Origin: Candidatus Latescibacterota bacterium
Lineage (GTDB): Bacteria > Latescibacterota > CBDEFO01
Assembly: GCA_965237525.1 (NCBI GenBank)
Contig: CBDEFO010000007.1
Coordinates: 416,001 to 480,000 of the forward strand
Length of the DNA stretch: 64,000 bases
Reading direction: 5' to 3'
Below the pieces are notes generated by a model. It worked only from the letters and a program-made list of their open reading frames with translations, had not been told where the DNA came from and searched no databases. This document shows positions 30,890 to 40,326 of this stretch, piece by piece. The first letter of the stretch is position 1. Every line of letters begins with the position of its first letter. The position numbers and the translations under genes are program-made.

Positions 30890-31972
30890 ATGAGCAGCAG
30901 CGTTGCGCTCAGGTTGGGAATCGTCGGTTGCGGCGTCATTTCGCACATGCACGGTCGTGCGGCAAGCGCAATCCCGGAACGAATCCGGATAGTCAGCTGT
31001 TGTGATATCAGACAGGAAACCGCGGAAGCCTGGGCGAAGCAGTACGGCTGCGACGGCTATTACACCGACTATGTCGAGATGATCCAGAGGGAAGATATGG
31101 ACGGCATCCTGTTGGCGACCTGGCCCAATCAGCACCGGGAACAGATCGAGAGGTGCCTGCGGTGTGGGGTTCGGAGTATCCTTTGCGAAAAAGCTCTCAC
31201 ACTCACCGGCCGCGAGGCAATCGAGATTCGCGACCTGGTACGCGAACACAATGCCTTCGTCACGGAAGGCTTCATGTATCTTCACCATCCCGCCGTAGTT
31301 GCCATGGAGAGGCTCGTGGCGTCTGGCGAACTCGGGGCTGTGGACAGTGTCCGGGCCGACTTCAGCGACTTGGATGCCGAAACGGCACCGGCTGACGACA
31401 CGACACGCAACTGGCGGCATCGGAAAGAGTGCGGGGGAGGAGTCCCCTATGACTTCGCGTGCTACTGCGTGAACGCCTGTGGCCGTTTCGCCGGTGATAT
31501 TCCGACTCGCGTCTACTGCCGGGGGGACGTGAGCCCTCACTACGACACAATCAACCGTATGCACGGGCTCATCGAATATGGCAACGGGTGCGTCGGTGTG
31601 GTGGAGAGCAGCAAGAAAGCGGACCACAGCCAGCGACTGGAGATCGTCTGCACGCACGGCCGGCTCGTACTCCCGATCAGTTGGACTATTCCGGGCGAGA
31701 TTGAGATCGTGGACCAGCGCAGCTTGGGCTGGGCCGACTACCGTCACACGGAACATTTCGTCAAGCAGGCCAATGCCTATCAGCATCAGTTGGAGAACTT
31801 CGCCGCAGTGATCCGCTGCGAGGCGGAACCGGTGCTGTCCCTCGATCAGTCTGTGCTCAACACATTCACTATGGAGGCCCTGGTGATGAGTCTGCTGGAG
31901 AAGCGGGTGGTTGATCTGGACCTGCCGGGCGACGTTGTCGACGCTTGTAGGAGCAAAGGAGGAGAACCATGA
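30890..31972 (+). CDS. Gfo/Idh/MocA-family oxidoreductase
   Basis: LGIVGCGVIS Rossmann motif, ILCEKAL, GGGVPYDFACY. Confidence 0.9.
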   Translation: MSSSVALRLGIVGCGVISHMHGRAASAIPERIRIVSCCDIRQETAEAWAKQYGCDGYYTDYVEMIQREDMDGILLATWPNQHREQIERCLRCGVRSILCEKALTLTGREAIEIRDLVREHNAFVTEGFMYLHHPAVVAMERLVASGELGAVDSVRADFSDLDAETAPADDTTRNWRHRKECGGGVPYDFACYCVNACGRFAGDIPTRVYCRGDVSPHYDTINRMHGLIEYGNGCVGVVESSKKADHSQRLEIVCTHGRLVLPISWTIPGEIEIVDQRSLGWADYRHTEHFVKQANAYQHQLENFAAVIRCEAEPVLSLDQSVLNTFTMEALVMSLLEKRVVDLDLPGDVVDACRSKGGEP

Positions 31973-32838
31973 GACTGGGAGGCTACTTCTCGGCACAGGC
32001 AGTGGATGAACTTTATGGGCTCTGTGAGAAGCTGGACGAGCACGGTTTGTCAGCAATCCCAGCGCCGGAGAATCTGGCCAGAATGACCGATGAGGCCTGC
32101 GCCAGGTTCGGCTTGAAGGCGCGTGACCTCGGCATGGTGGTGGGTGAGGCAGGTATGTGGCAGAACCTGATGACCGATGACGCGGAAGCGCGCCGCGAAC
32201 GGATCGAGACTGTGCGTGCCCTGTTGCGCAAAGCGGAGGTGATGCGATGTGGGTGCGTGGTGACGCTGGTGGGCACCAAGGATCGCTCGGATGCAGTACT
32301 GGCTCCACACCCGTACATGTATACGGACGACTGCAGGCGGGAGTTCCGGGACATCGTGCTCCGCATCCTGGACGGGCTGGACTTGCAGGCCACCAGGTAC
32401 GTCATCGAGCCGTGGCACAACACATTCTTCTACCAGCCGGAAGACATCCGCGCCTTCATCGATAGCGTTGACCATCCCGCCTTCGGCCTGCACTTGGACC
32501 AGATGAACCTAGTGAGCCAGAAGTACTTCTACAACACGACCGAGCTCATCGACCGAACGTTCGACCTCCTCGCCGACACTGTGGCCAGTGTCCACCTGAA
32601 GGACATCCGCTGCGACCATCGCCATATGTTCCTGAAGTGGGACGAAGTCCACATTGGGGACGGCGTGATGGACTATGCCACCTATCTCAAGCACCTCAGC
32701 CAGCTACCGTCGGACACGCCTTGTTTCTGCGAGCACATGCCCGAAGAAAGCGACTACGTGCTGAACTTCTCACGTCTTCATGATCTGGCAGCAGAGCTGG
32801 GATTGCGATTCCTCAGGCGCGGTGAGTCAGCCACATAA
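31969..32838 (+). CDS. Sugar phosphate isomerase/epimerase (TIM barrel)
   Basis: IEPW, HLDQMN, VHLKD, GDGVMDY and CEH motifs; overlaps upstream stop (ATGA). Confidence 0.88.
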   Translation: MRLGGYFSAQAVDELYGLCEKLDEHGLSAIPAPENLARMTDEACARFGLKARDLGMVVGEAGMWQNLMTDDAEARRERIETVRALLRKAEVMRCGCVVTLVGTKDRSDAVLAPHPYMYTDDCRREFRDIVLRILDGLDLQATRYVIEPWHNTFFYQPEDIRAFIDSVDHPAFGLHLDQMNLVSQKYFYNTTELIDRTFDLLADTVASVHLKDIRCDHRHMFLKWDEVHIGDGVMDYATYLKHLSQLPSDTPCFCEHMPEESDYVLNFSRLHDLAAELGLRFLRRGESAT

Positions 32839-32841
32839 ACA

Positions 32842-32900
32842 CTCAAACAGACGCTCCAGCAGACGCGAAGAAGCTGCGCCGCTGAGCTTTGCCGATGAGA
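32842..32900 (+). other. Degenerate attC-like site
   Basis: CTCAAACAGACGCTCCAGCAGACGCG-AAGAAGCTG-CGCCGCTGAGCTTTGCCGATGAGA: attC-like palindrome directly after a stop codon, with the GTT core changed to GAT. Confidence 0.5.
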
Positions 32901-32926
32901 TTCCATAAAGACGAGGAAATGGAAGA

Positions 32927-34651
32927 ATGATCAAGAACGCGAAATCCGCAGAGGAAGAGGTCGAGATTCTGAACGTCACAGTCGGTAAGCCGACCAAATT
33001 GAGCGATCTGACCTATTTGAATAGCGCCAGTCTGTCGGTGTCACGGAGAGGCGTAGCGGCAGCGTTCTATCCAAAGCCGGAAACGGGGCCGAGGTTCTAC
33101 AGAACTTCGACCGATGGCGGTGAAACGTGGGGAGAGGAAATGGAATCGCCACATCAACTCGCCGGCGGCGCCAGTAGCGTGGCGCTGCGCGACGGCGGCG
33201 TACTCAGATTCCTCACCAGTGACTCCTCGTTTAAGGGCGAGGCCGAGTTCCACAAATCGCCTATGGAGGGCGAGTACAAGGCTGGCTGGCTTACGCTCCA
33301 TTCTACCTTTGCCTGGTTCAACGACGACTATACACAATTCGAAGCCAAAGCGGTCCAGGTCTACATGCCCGATGCGGTGACGACCAAACAGGCGCACCTC
33401 GGAGTTTCCACTTGGCCGATCTTCGATAAGGGCAAGATTCTACAGCTTCCCAACGGGGATCTGTTAGCGCCGATGTACGGACTGTTTAAGGGGGACACCC
33501 GCAGTCGCGTTGTTCTATCCGTCTCGAGTGATCGCGGCCACACGTGGCGCTATTACGCGACTGTGGCCGACGGACGCGTTGATCCGAACCCCGAGTTGCC
33601 GGGCCAGTACAACGGCCCGTGTGAGCCGAGCATCGAATTGATGTCCAATGGGCAGATGATCTGCGTCATGCGGACGCAATACTCGCACCTCCCGAGCGAG
33701 TATCGGCCTATGTCCGTCAGTTGGTCGGATGATCTGGGAAAGACGTGGACGGAGCCGCGGCCGACTAATCCGCACCTGATGACGATCTGGCCAACCGTTC
33801 AGATGCTGGATAACGGCGTTCTGGCGTGTGTATATGGGCGGCCGGGTTTCCACGTAGCCTTCAGCACGGACTACGGACGCACCTGGCGCGATCGCATCAG
33901 CTTTTCGCATGCGCCCGAACCGGTTGTCACCGGTCAGGTGGACGGTATCAAGGTTGGCCCGAATAAGCTGCTGTCGATCGGTGGGACGGAAGGGGGAGCG
34001 CAGGTGTTCCCGGTGACCGTTGAACGGGTGAGGATCTCACCGACGCGGATCACGTTGTCCGGCCAGGTCGTTGATGTAGGGGGCGCGCCGATTCCTAGTG
34101 CTACAGTGGAGCGAGGTCCGAATCGTTACGTAGCTGACGACTGGATAGAGGACAAAGAGACTGAGCTGGATCTCTGGAAGGCTGCGCCAAGGCTCATTGG
34201 CAATCCCCGCCTTTCGTATCGATCGATACAGAGCGTCAATGGATATCCAACCGCCAAGTCGGAGGTGGACGGGCGGTTCCGATTCACCGATGTTGAATTG
34301 GGTGAGTGTGTTTTAACGGTGGAGGCGGAGGGCTGCGTGCCGCAGCATCGACACGTTAGAGTCGGGCTTCAGGCCGAGCCGCAGGACTTTACACTCAAGC
34401 AGGGCCGACTTGTCCGCGGACAGGTCGTCGATGAGCGCGGCAAACCAATCGGTGGTGTCTGCGTCGTGTTGAATCGCTGGCATTGCCACACTGACCCGGA
34501 CGGGTATTACCATTGGGCGGTCAAAGCTCCCGTGCCGGAGCAGGTAACGCTGAGAATCTACAAGCGGTACAGCGATCGGTACGAGACGTTGAAAACGACG
34601 GTTGCTCTGTCGCAGCTCGAACGTCAGCCGACCGCCTTGAAGAACAGATAG
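32927..34651 (+). CDS. BNR sialidase-like protein with C-terminal carboxypeptidase-regulatory-like domains
   Basis: Asp-boxes STDGGETW, SSDRGHTW, SDDLGKTW, STDYGRTW; LSGQVVDVGGAPIPSATV and VRGQVVDERGKPIGGV. Confidence 0.85.
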   Translation: MIKNAKSAEEEVEILNVTVGKPTKLSDLTYLNSASLSVSRRGVAAAFYPKPETGPRFYRTSTDGGETWGEEMESPHQLAGGASSVALRDGGVLRFLTSDSSFKGEAEFHKSPMEGEYKAGWLTLHSTFAWFNDDYTQFEAKAVQVYMPDAVTTKQAHLGVSTWPIFDKGKILQLPNGDLLAPMYGLFKGDTRSRVVLSVSSDRGHTWRYYATVADGRVDPNPELPGQYNGPCEPSIELMSNGQMICVMRTQYSHLPSEYRPMSVSWSDDLGKTWTEPRPTNPHLMTIWPTVQMLDNGVLACVYGRPGFHVAFSTDYGRTWRDRISFSHAPEPVVTGQVDGIKVGPNKLLSIGGTEGGAQVFPVTVERVRISPTRITLSGQVVDVGGAPIPSATVERGPNRYVADDWIEDKETELDLWKAAPRLIGNPRLSYRSIQSVNGYPTAKSEVDGRFRFTDVELGECVLTVEAEGCVPQHRHVRVGLQAEPQDFTLKQGRLVRGQVVDERGKPIGGVCVVLNRWHCHTDPDGYYHWAVKAPVPEQVTLRIYKRYSDRYETLKTTVALSQLERQPTALKNR

Positions 34652-34730
34652 TTGGACGGTGACGAGTAGCGTCGAGGCCAAAGTGACCGTACCCGGATCA
34701 GGGAAGCTGCAGATAATTTAGCTCTTTACC

Positions 34731-36032
34731 GGTTGAATATCAAATGAAATCGGTGCACCTAATTTGATCTTTGTTTAGAGTATTAGTAGATTAAGTTGAG
34801 TTGATTGTCTTAACTTTAATCTACGGAGTCCTATGGACAAAGAGAGATTGGCCGTATTAAGACAAGAAGTCAACGAGATGTATTTTAAGAAAGAAATGTC
34901 AAAGCGAGAAGTTATCAAACAAGCGAGAGTTTCCAATGATTTCGTTACGGCTTGGACTAAATCTCCGGATCAGGATTTTGCCATGGATAATCGGGGTTGG
35001 CCAAAAGGAAAAAGGCGAAAATTGGCTAAAGTTGACGAACAGAGAATCAAAGAGATTTACCATAGCTTAGAGGACGATCCTTATCAGTTCTATTCAGGAG
35101 CCACTGTTATTGAACAAGAATGGAGGAATCGATATTCTAGCACCCCTCCTCCGTCGTTGCCGACTATCGGCAGAATGCTTTCAGATTTAGGACTTTCCCA
35201 GAGAAGGAAGAAAGGTAAAAACAAGGGTGCATCTCGTTATCTTTGTTATCCAGAGTATACCATTTACTATCTTTCAGGAGGCAGAGTCCTAGAATCAGAC
35301 TTTATTGGTAAAAAGTATCTTACCGGCAGAACTGAGCCGGTCAACTTCGTTGGATTTTCCTTTAAGAAAGAGCCTAAGTTAAGGTATTTTCGGCGGGTTG
35401 ACGGTCAAACAGCAACTAACTTTATCGAGAAGTGTCAGTCTTTCTTTGACAGGTTTGAAAAACCAGATTTCGTTAAGGTGGACAATTGCTCGGCGACTAT
35501 TGGCAGTGTTTCAGGTAAAAGGAATGTCAGCAAAGCAATGCAGTTTCTCTTGAAAAATCAAGTGATTCCGATATTTGCCGTTCCCAGAAGGCCCTTTTCT
35601 CAAGCATCTATAGAAGGCAACAATTCTGTATTTTCAAGGAAGTTCTGGAACAGAATTCAGTTCAAAAGCTTACAAGAAGTTGATCAGAAGTTAGAATGGT
35701 TTAATCTTTCATCACAGAGATACACCGGCTACCGTCCACCTAAGCAAGAGAAGTCAAACGAGAAAGATTTCATTCCCAAGACCTATTTTATCAGACAAGT
35801 CAAACAGGACACAGAACAGACAGATAAAGCCTTTATCGATGTCCTAAATGAGAAAGTATCTCTTCCCTCCTCTTACACCAACTACTTTGTCCTGGCTGAA
35901 TGGAACCTAAAAGAAGAACAATTATACATCCATTTTGAAAAAGAACAGAAACCAAAGATTGTCGAAAACCTATCATTCAAGATCAATCAAAGATCGAAAG
36001 AGAAGTGCACCGATTTCATTTGATAAATAACC
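34731..36032 (+). mobile_element. Intact insertion sequence, unclassified rve/DDE type
   Basis: 28-bp imperfect IRs GGTTGAATATCAAATGAAATCGGTGCAC / GTGCACCGATTTCATTTGATAAATAACC; 6-bp TSD TTTACC (34725-34730, 36033-36038); paralogous empty site near 51930; low GC. Confidence 0.92.
34833..36023 (+). CDS. Putative DDE transposase (IS481-like architecture)
   Basis: 396 aa; N-terminal HTH-like region, PSLPTIGRML, ESDF, VKVDN, PFSQASIEGNN; fills the space between the IRs. Confidence 0.85.
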   Translation: MDKERLAVLRQEVNEMYFKKEMSKREVIKQARVSNDFVTAWTKSPDQDFAMDNRGWPKGKRRKLAKVDEQRIKEIYHSLEDDPYQFYSGATVIEQEWRNRYSSTPPPSLPTIGRMLSDLGLSQRRKKGKNKGASRYLCYPEYTIYYLSGGRVLESDFIGKKYLTGRTEPVNFVGFSFKKEPKLRYFRRVDGQTATNFIEKCQSFFDRFEKPDFVKVDNCSATIGSVSGKRNVSKAMQFLLKNQVIPIFAVPRRPFSQASIEGNNSVFSRKFWNRIQFKSLQEVDQKLEWFNLSSQRYTGYRPPKQEKSNEKDFIPKTYFIRQVKQDTEQTDKAFIDVLNEKVSLPSSYTNYFVLAEWNLKEEQLYIHFEKEQKPKIVENLSFKINQRSKEKCTDFI

Positions 36033-36296
36033 TTTACCAACTAGGTAGTTGCCCGCCTGGCCGTCGGACGACGGCAGTTCGTTGTCAGGCTCAGACGTGA
36101 CTTTCAAGCACGGCTCTACCACCTGTGGGTGGCAGGTAACTGATAGCTCTTGCTTCGGAGGTGAGCCCATGGACCTGCCTACCAAGACAAATCCACAGGT
36201 GGATATTGGAATAAAGGGCCCTCATCTGGGAAAGTGAATTGGCCGGTCGCAGCGTGCCAACAAAACGGATCTTAACTCGCTGGAGGGAGATGGAAC

Positions 36297-38861
36297 ATGA
36301 AAAAACGGAGCATGGTTGCCTATGCAGTCGTAGCCGTCGGATTAACAGCCTTCAATGTCAGAGGAGAGGGGGAAGCCAACATGCAGGATAGTTCCGTTGC
36401 GCCTATGGAGTGGATGAAACTGGATCGAGACAAGGGTTACGTTGTCTTTAATTACAGCACGCTGAAGAACCTGCCGCCTTCGCATGTGCCCACTCCGGAC
36501 GACGTTGTGAAGAAGGTTTCGTGCGCCTTAGCCAGGGATGAGTACGAGTCCATTCAGATCGGCGTGCACGCGATCTCAGACGGCGTCAAGGACGTCCGGA
36601 TCGAGGTGGAATCGGACCTCGAGGTGACCGTTTACCATCGCATCGACCCTGGCGTCAAACAGAAACTAGCTGAAACGGACATGCCGTGGCTGAGCACGAT
36701 ACCCGGAGAAGTCTTTCTGCAGCGGGGTGATGTCGTAGCCGACCTTCCCAGGGGCACGAGCGTCAATTTCTGGCTGACGTTTCTTGCGGATCGCGAGACA
36801 TCCGAGGGTCCGCACGCGGGCAAGATCCGCATCAAACCCGCGGGCAAGCCGGTGACGGTTGTTGACCTCAACGTACGGGTGCGACCCATAGTGCTGCAGA
36901 CGCCGCGCGCCGCGTTCGGCATGTTCTATCGCGGGGGTTCCCTGCCTGACTATAGGGACATGGCGGTGCACGGGCAGAACTCGGTCACGTTCTACGGGGC
37001 GGGAGACTTCAGTGAGTCGCCACCCAAGAGCAGCCGGCTGCCGAAGTCCCTGGGGCTGGCGAAGGAGGCGGGACTCATCCACCCGGATGTGCCGTGTCTC
37101 ATTCTACAGGGCAACATCCCGAACATCGAGGAAGGACAGAGAAGAGCGGCAGTGGCGTGGCTGGAGGCGCAACGACTGGAGCAGGGATGGCCGGAGATCA
37201 TCGTATACGGCTGGGATGAGCCGCCCTATCCCGCGCCCGGGTTGAGGGAAGAGTATCTTCCTATGCGCGACGTGTCCATGCGGTTGGGGACAGGCATGTC
37301 TGGCACGGCGGCGTACGCGCACGGTGACGTCCACGATGTGTGGATCGTTCATGACGGACATATCACGCCCGAGATGCGGGCCGAGGCGGAGCGCCGCGGA
37401 GCGCAGGTCTGGACGTATTCGTATCGCATACTGAGAAAAGGTTACAAGCCGGTTCGGCAGCGTTACTATGCGGGACTTTACACCTGGGCGCACCGGCTTG
37501 GGGGGAATGTCGTATGGGCCTACACCGACGGAACCCGCCACGGCCATGTCTGGTGGTTGCCCGGCAGTGACGAGCCGATGCCCGTCACCGGCTGGGAAGC
37601 GCGTCGCGAGGGCGTTGACGACTATCGCTATCTCCAGATGGTCGAGGACTGCGCGGCGGCGAACGAGGGTGATCCCCTAGCCGTGGAGGCGGCCGCATGG
37701 CTCGAGGCCCTGCGGGCCCGCCTGACCCCGTTCGATCCCTACCTGGCCGAGGCGGGAAAACCGTTGACCTTCGATGAATACGACGAGATCCGGGCAACGG
37801 CGTCCGACTATATTGAGAAGCTGGGCGCGCCGACCGGACGCGTTGAGCCGTGGCCGGTCACGAACCTCAAGGACGAGGCCGCTTCTTTCCGCGACAGGTC
37901 CGTAAAAGAGTGCATTGCGGGGTTGGGGGGTTCCCATGCCTCCGAGCGTCGAAGCGCTGCGTGGGTGCTCTTTGAGATGGGGGCGGAGGCAGCCCCTGCC
38001 GTAGATGCGCTTGTCGCTGCGCTTGAGGACCCGGAGGTTCGCATCCCCGCTCTGCGAGCGCTTGAGGGTATCGGCCCGGATGCGTACTCAGCGGCGCCGA
38101 GAGTTTCGTCGCTTCTGTCGCATGCCGATGCCTACGTGCGTCTGGGTGCAACGTTTGCCCTCACCGGCATGACGCGTCCCCCGAGCTGGGATGAAGATGT
38201 AAAGGGCTACCTACCGGATGAGCTGTCGTTGTATGCTCGCACTGTTGTCGCACCGCTTCGCCAGGCGCTGCGAGACGGGGACCGCTCGGTCGTGCAGATG
38301 GCCGCACTCGGGCTGTTCCTCTCCGGTGAGGCTGGTGCACCCGCGCTGCCTGACGCGATGGCTCTGCTGGGACCCCACAAGGAGTTCGGTTTACGGGTGC
38401 TATCGGGGATAGGTCCGGGGGCTGCGAGCGCCGTTCCCGTCCTCGTAAAGACGTACGAGGAATCCAAAGGCGGAGGAGACTGGCTCACCGCCCGGACGCT
38501 GGCGGCGATCGGGCCGGCGGCCTCTGAGGCCGTCCCGATTCTGGAGGAGTATCTCACGCCGGAAAACTGGTACCTGGCTGACGCCTGCTACGCCCTCTAC
38601 TGCATTCGTGGGGGCGAGTCGGAGCTCAAGACCCTGGCGGAGATTGTGGGAGAGAAGAGCCGTCCAAGAGGCGGCGCAGAGTGGCGGGCTGCCGCCAGGT
38701 TCCTCTCGGCCCTGGGCAGCGAGGCCGCGTCTGTCGTCCCCCTGGTCAGGGAACGGCTACCACTTCTGGATACCGATCCTTCGCTAAGGCGCTACATCGA
38801 GGACGTTTTCTTCAAGAGAGTGGAGGAAGGGGCGCCGCCTCTCAGATTGCTGTTGCGGTGA
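36297..38861 (+). CDS. GH123/DUF4091-like glycoside hydrolase with C-terminal HEAT repeats, copy 1
   Basis: Signal MKKRSMVAYAVVAVGLTAF; ARDEYESIQ, YGWDEP, WEARREGVDDYRYL; repeated L..IGP.A..AVP.L HEAT units. Confidence 0.8.
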   Translation: MKKRSMVAYAVVAVGLTAFNVRGEGEANMQDSSVAPMEWMKLDRDKGYVVFNYSTLKNLPPSHVPTPDDVVKKVSCALARDEYESIQIGVHAISDGVKDVRIEVESDLEVTVYHRIDPGVKQKLAETDMPWLSTIPGEVFLQRGDVVADLPRGTSVNFWLTFLADRETSEGPHAGKIRIKPAGKPVTVVDLNVRVRPIVLQTPRAAFGMFYRGGSLPDYRDMAVHGQNSVTFYGAGDFSESPPKSSRLPKSLGLAKEAGLIHPDVPCLILQGNIPNIEEGQRRAAVAWLEAQRLEQGWPEIIVYGWDEPPYPAPGLREEYLPMRDVSMRLGTGMSGTAAYAHGDVHDVWIVHDGHITPEMRAEAERRGAQVWTYSYRILRKGYKPVRQRYYAGLYTWAHRLGGNVVWAYTDGTRHGHVWWLPGSDEPMPVTGWEARREGVDDYRYLQMVEDCAAANEGDPLAVEAAAWLEALRARLTPFDPYLAEAGKPLTFDEYDEIRATASDYIEKLGAPTGRVEPWPVTNLKDEAASFRDRSVKECIAGLGGSHASERRSAAWVLFEMGAEAAPAVDALVAALEDPEVRIPALRALEGIGPDAYSAAPRVSSLLSHADAYVRLGATFALTGMTRPPSWDEDVKGYLPDELSLYARTVVAPLRQALRDGDRSVVQMAALGLFLSGEAGAPALPDAMALLGPHKEFGLRVLSGIGPGAASAVPVLVKTYEESKGGGDWLTARTLAAIGPAASEAVPILEEYLTPENWYLADACYALYCIRGGESELKTLAEIVGEKSRPRGGAEWRAAARFLSALGSEAASVVPLVRERLPLLDTDPSLRRYIEDVFFKRVEEGAPPLRLLLR

Positions 38862-39037
38862 AGCAAGAGAACACTCCATGTCCCTACACATTGTCGTCTG
38901 TAGGATCTCCCAAAACGTATCAGGAAAGATAGGGGGCCTTTTCGGTGGGGAAGTCAAGCAGTTCCGGGAGGCTTTGATAGTTGAAGGTGTGGAGGGTCCA
39001 GCCAAGCGTTATGCGGATAGGTTCCCGGAGAGATAGC

Positions 39038-40204
39038 ATGACAAAAGAGGGCAAGATGGTATTCACCGGCGGGGGCTGGGTGATCGAGAGTGCTTCGCAG
39101 AGCCAGAAGCGAAGCAAGATCATCGACGCGCACTACCACATCTTTCCCCGACTCGGTTCACAGCGCAAGGGGATCGACCCAGAGCTGTTCCTGAAATTCT
39201 GGCAGATTCACTCGCGCGAATCTAACAGCTTCTGGCGAAAGGACGACGGCACGCGCGTCAGCGAAAAGTTTCTGCAGTTTGAGTCCTACAAGATAGACGA
39301 TATGCCGAAAGTGAATTTCCGTCTGACCGACTATGGACAGGCAGAAATCACAGTTGCCGGGGTGGATTACGTCATGCAGCTTTACCCGCCCAGCCTCGCT
39401 AACAATGAAGCCCCGCCGCAGCGTATGGTCGCCGAGATGAATCTGGCTGGCGTCGATACAGGTGTCCTCCAACACGATCACGTCTACGGCGATCTGAACG
39501 AATACTTCGGCCAGGCGATGAAAGATCACCCCGGCCGATTCATCGGGCTGGCGCAGATTTGGGAACCGGAGGCTGACAACCGCCGGCGCCTGGAGGACGT
39601 TGAACGGGCGATCTCTGAGTACGGCAGCAAAGGTTTGTACTTCAGCGTCGAGCCTTTCTCAGTGTTGCAGCAGTATTTCATACTCAACGACCCGAAATTC
39701 GACCCCTTGTGGGGCCTCGTGCGGAAACTCGAGATTCCGATTTTCTGGTACCTCGACGACCGGACGATTGATCGCGTCGATATGTTCATGAGGCGAGTGG
39801 CTGAGTTTGATGAATGGGCCCAGAGACATCCTGATATTCAGTCGGTCATCACCCACGGACTTGTCCCCGCTGCGATTATTCATGACATCGGCATCCCCGA
39901 TGAAGTGATTGCATTGCTGGATCGCCCAAACATCTATGCGGAGGTTTTGTTTCCCGCCAAGTCGCCGGACTATCCGTATCCACTTGGCCAGCAACAACTT
40001 GAGCAATTGCGCAATCGGGTAGGCGCTCACAAACTGCTCTGGGGAACGGACAGTCCCTACGGGATGGCCATGTGGTGCACCTACCGCCAGGCATTGGATT
40101 TCATTCGCCTGCACTGCGATTTCCTGTCGCAGGAAGAAAAAGACCTGATTCTCGGCGGCAACGCGGCGAGGCTGTTTGGCATTGCGCAATACCACTCAGG
40201 ATAA
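39038..40204 (+). CDS. Amidohydrolase family 2 protein
   Basis: IIDAHYH, ITHGL, LLWGTDSP and ILGGNAARLF motifs. Confidence 0.88.
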   Translation: MTKEGKMVFTGGGWVIESASQSQKRSKIIDAHYHIFPRLGSQRKGIDPELFLKFWQIHSRESNSFWRKDDGTRVSEKFLQFESYKIDDMPKVNFRLTDYGQAEITVAGVDYVMQLYPPSLANNEAPPQRMVAEMNLAGVDTGVLQHDHVYGDLNEYFGQAMKDHPGRFIGLAQIWEPEADNRRRLEDVERAISEYGSKGLYFSVEPFSVLQQYFILNDPKFDPLWGLVRKLEIPIFWYLDDRTIDRVDMFMRRVAEFDEWAQRHPDIQSVITHGLVPAAIIHDIGIPDEVIALLDRPNIYAEVLFPAKSPDYPYPLGQQQLEQLRNRVGAHKLLWGTDSPYGMAMWCTYRQALDFIRLHCDFLSQEEKDLILGGNAARLFGIAQYHSG

Positions 40205-40326
40205 TCTGTAGTGACAGGAGTTAGAGCTCTCTGGACAGTTAGAAGGTGGAATCCCAATCTATCTGGTCGATAGATGTTGGCAATCCTATTTTCAACAGGA
40301 GGTGCAAGATCACACAAACGAAAAAG

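Larger units (their letters stand above)
34674..36143 (+). pseudogene. Orphan 3' tail of an unknown gene, split by the IS
   Basis: With the IS and one TSD removed it reads EAKVTVPGSGKLQII*LFTN*VVARLAVGRRQFVVRLRRDFQARLYHLWVAGN*; homologous tails at ~51880, ~58050 and ~61045. Confidence 0.7.

Noticed and set aside
30779..32308. 509-aa minus-strand ORF
   Set aside because: Lies opposite two well-supported plus-strand genes and has no recognisable domain.
36049..36237. STTCGWQVTDSSC peptide as a RiPP precursor
   Set aside because: It is an alternative frame of a gene-tail remnant (ARLYHLWVAGN*), and no modifying enzymes are nearby.
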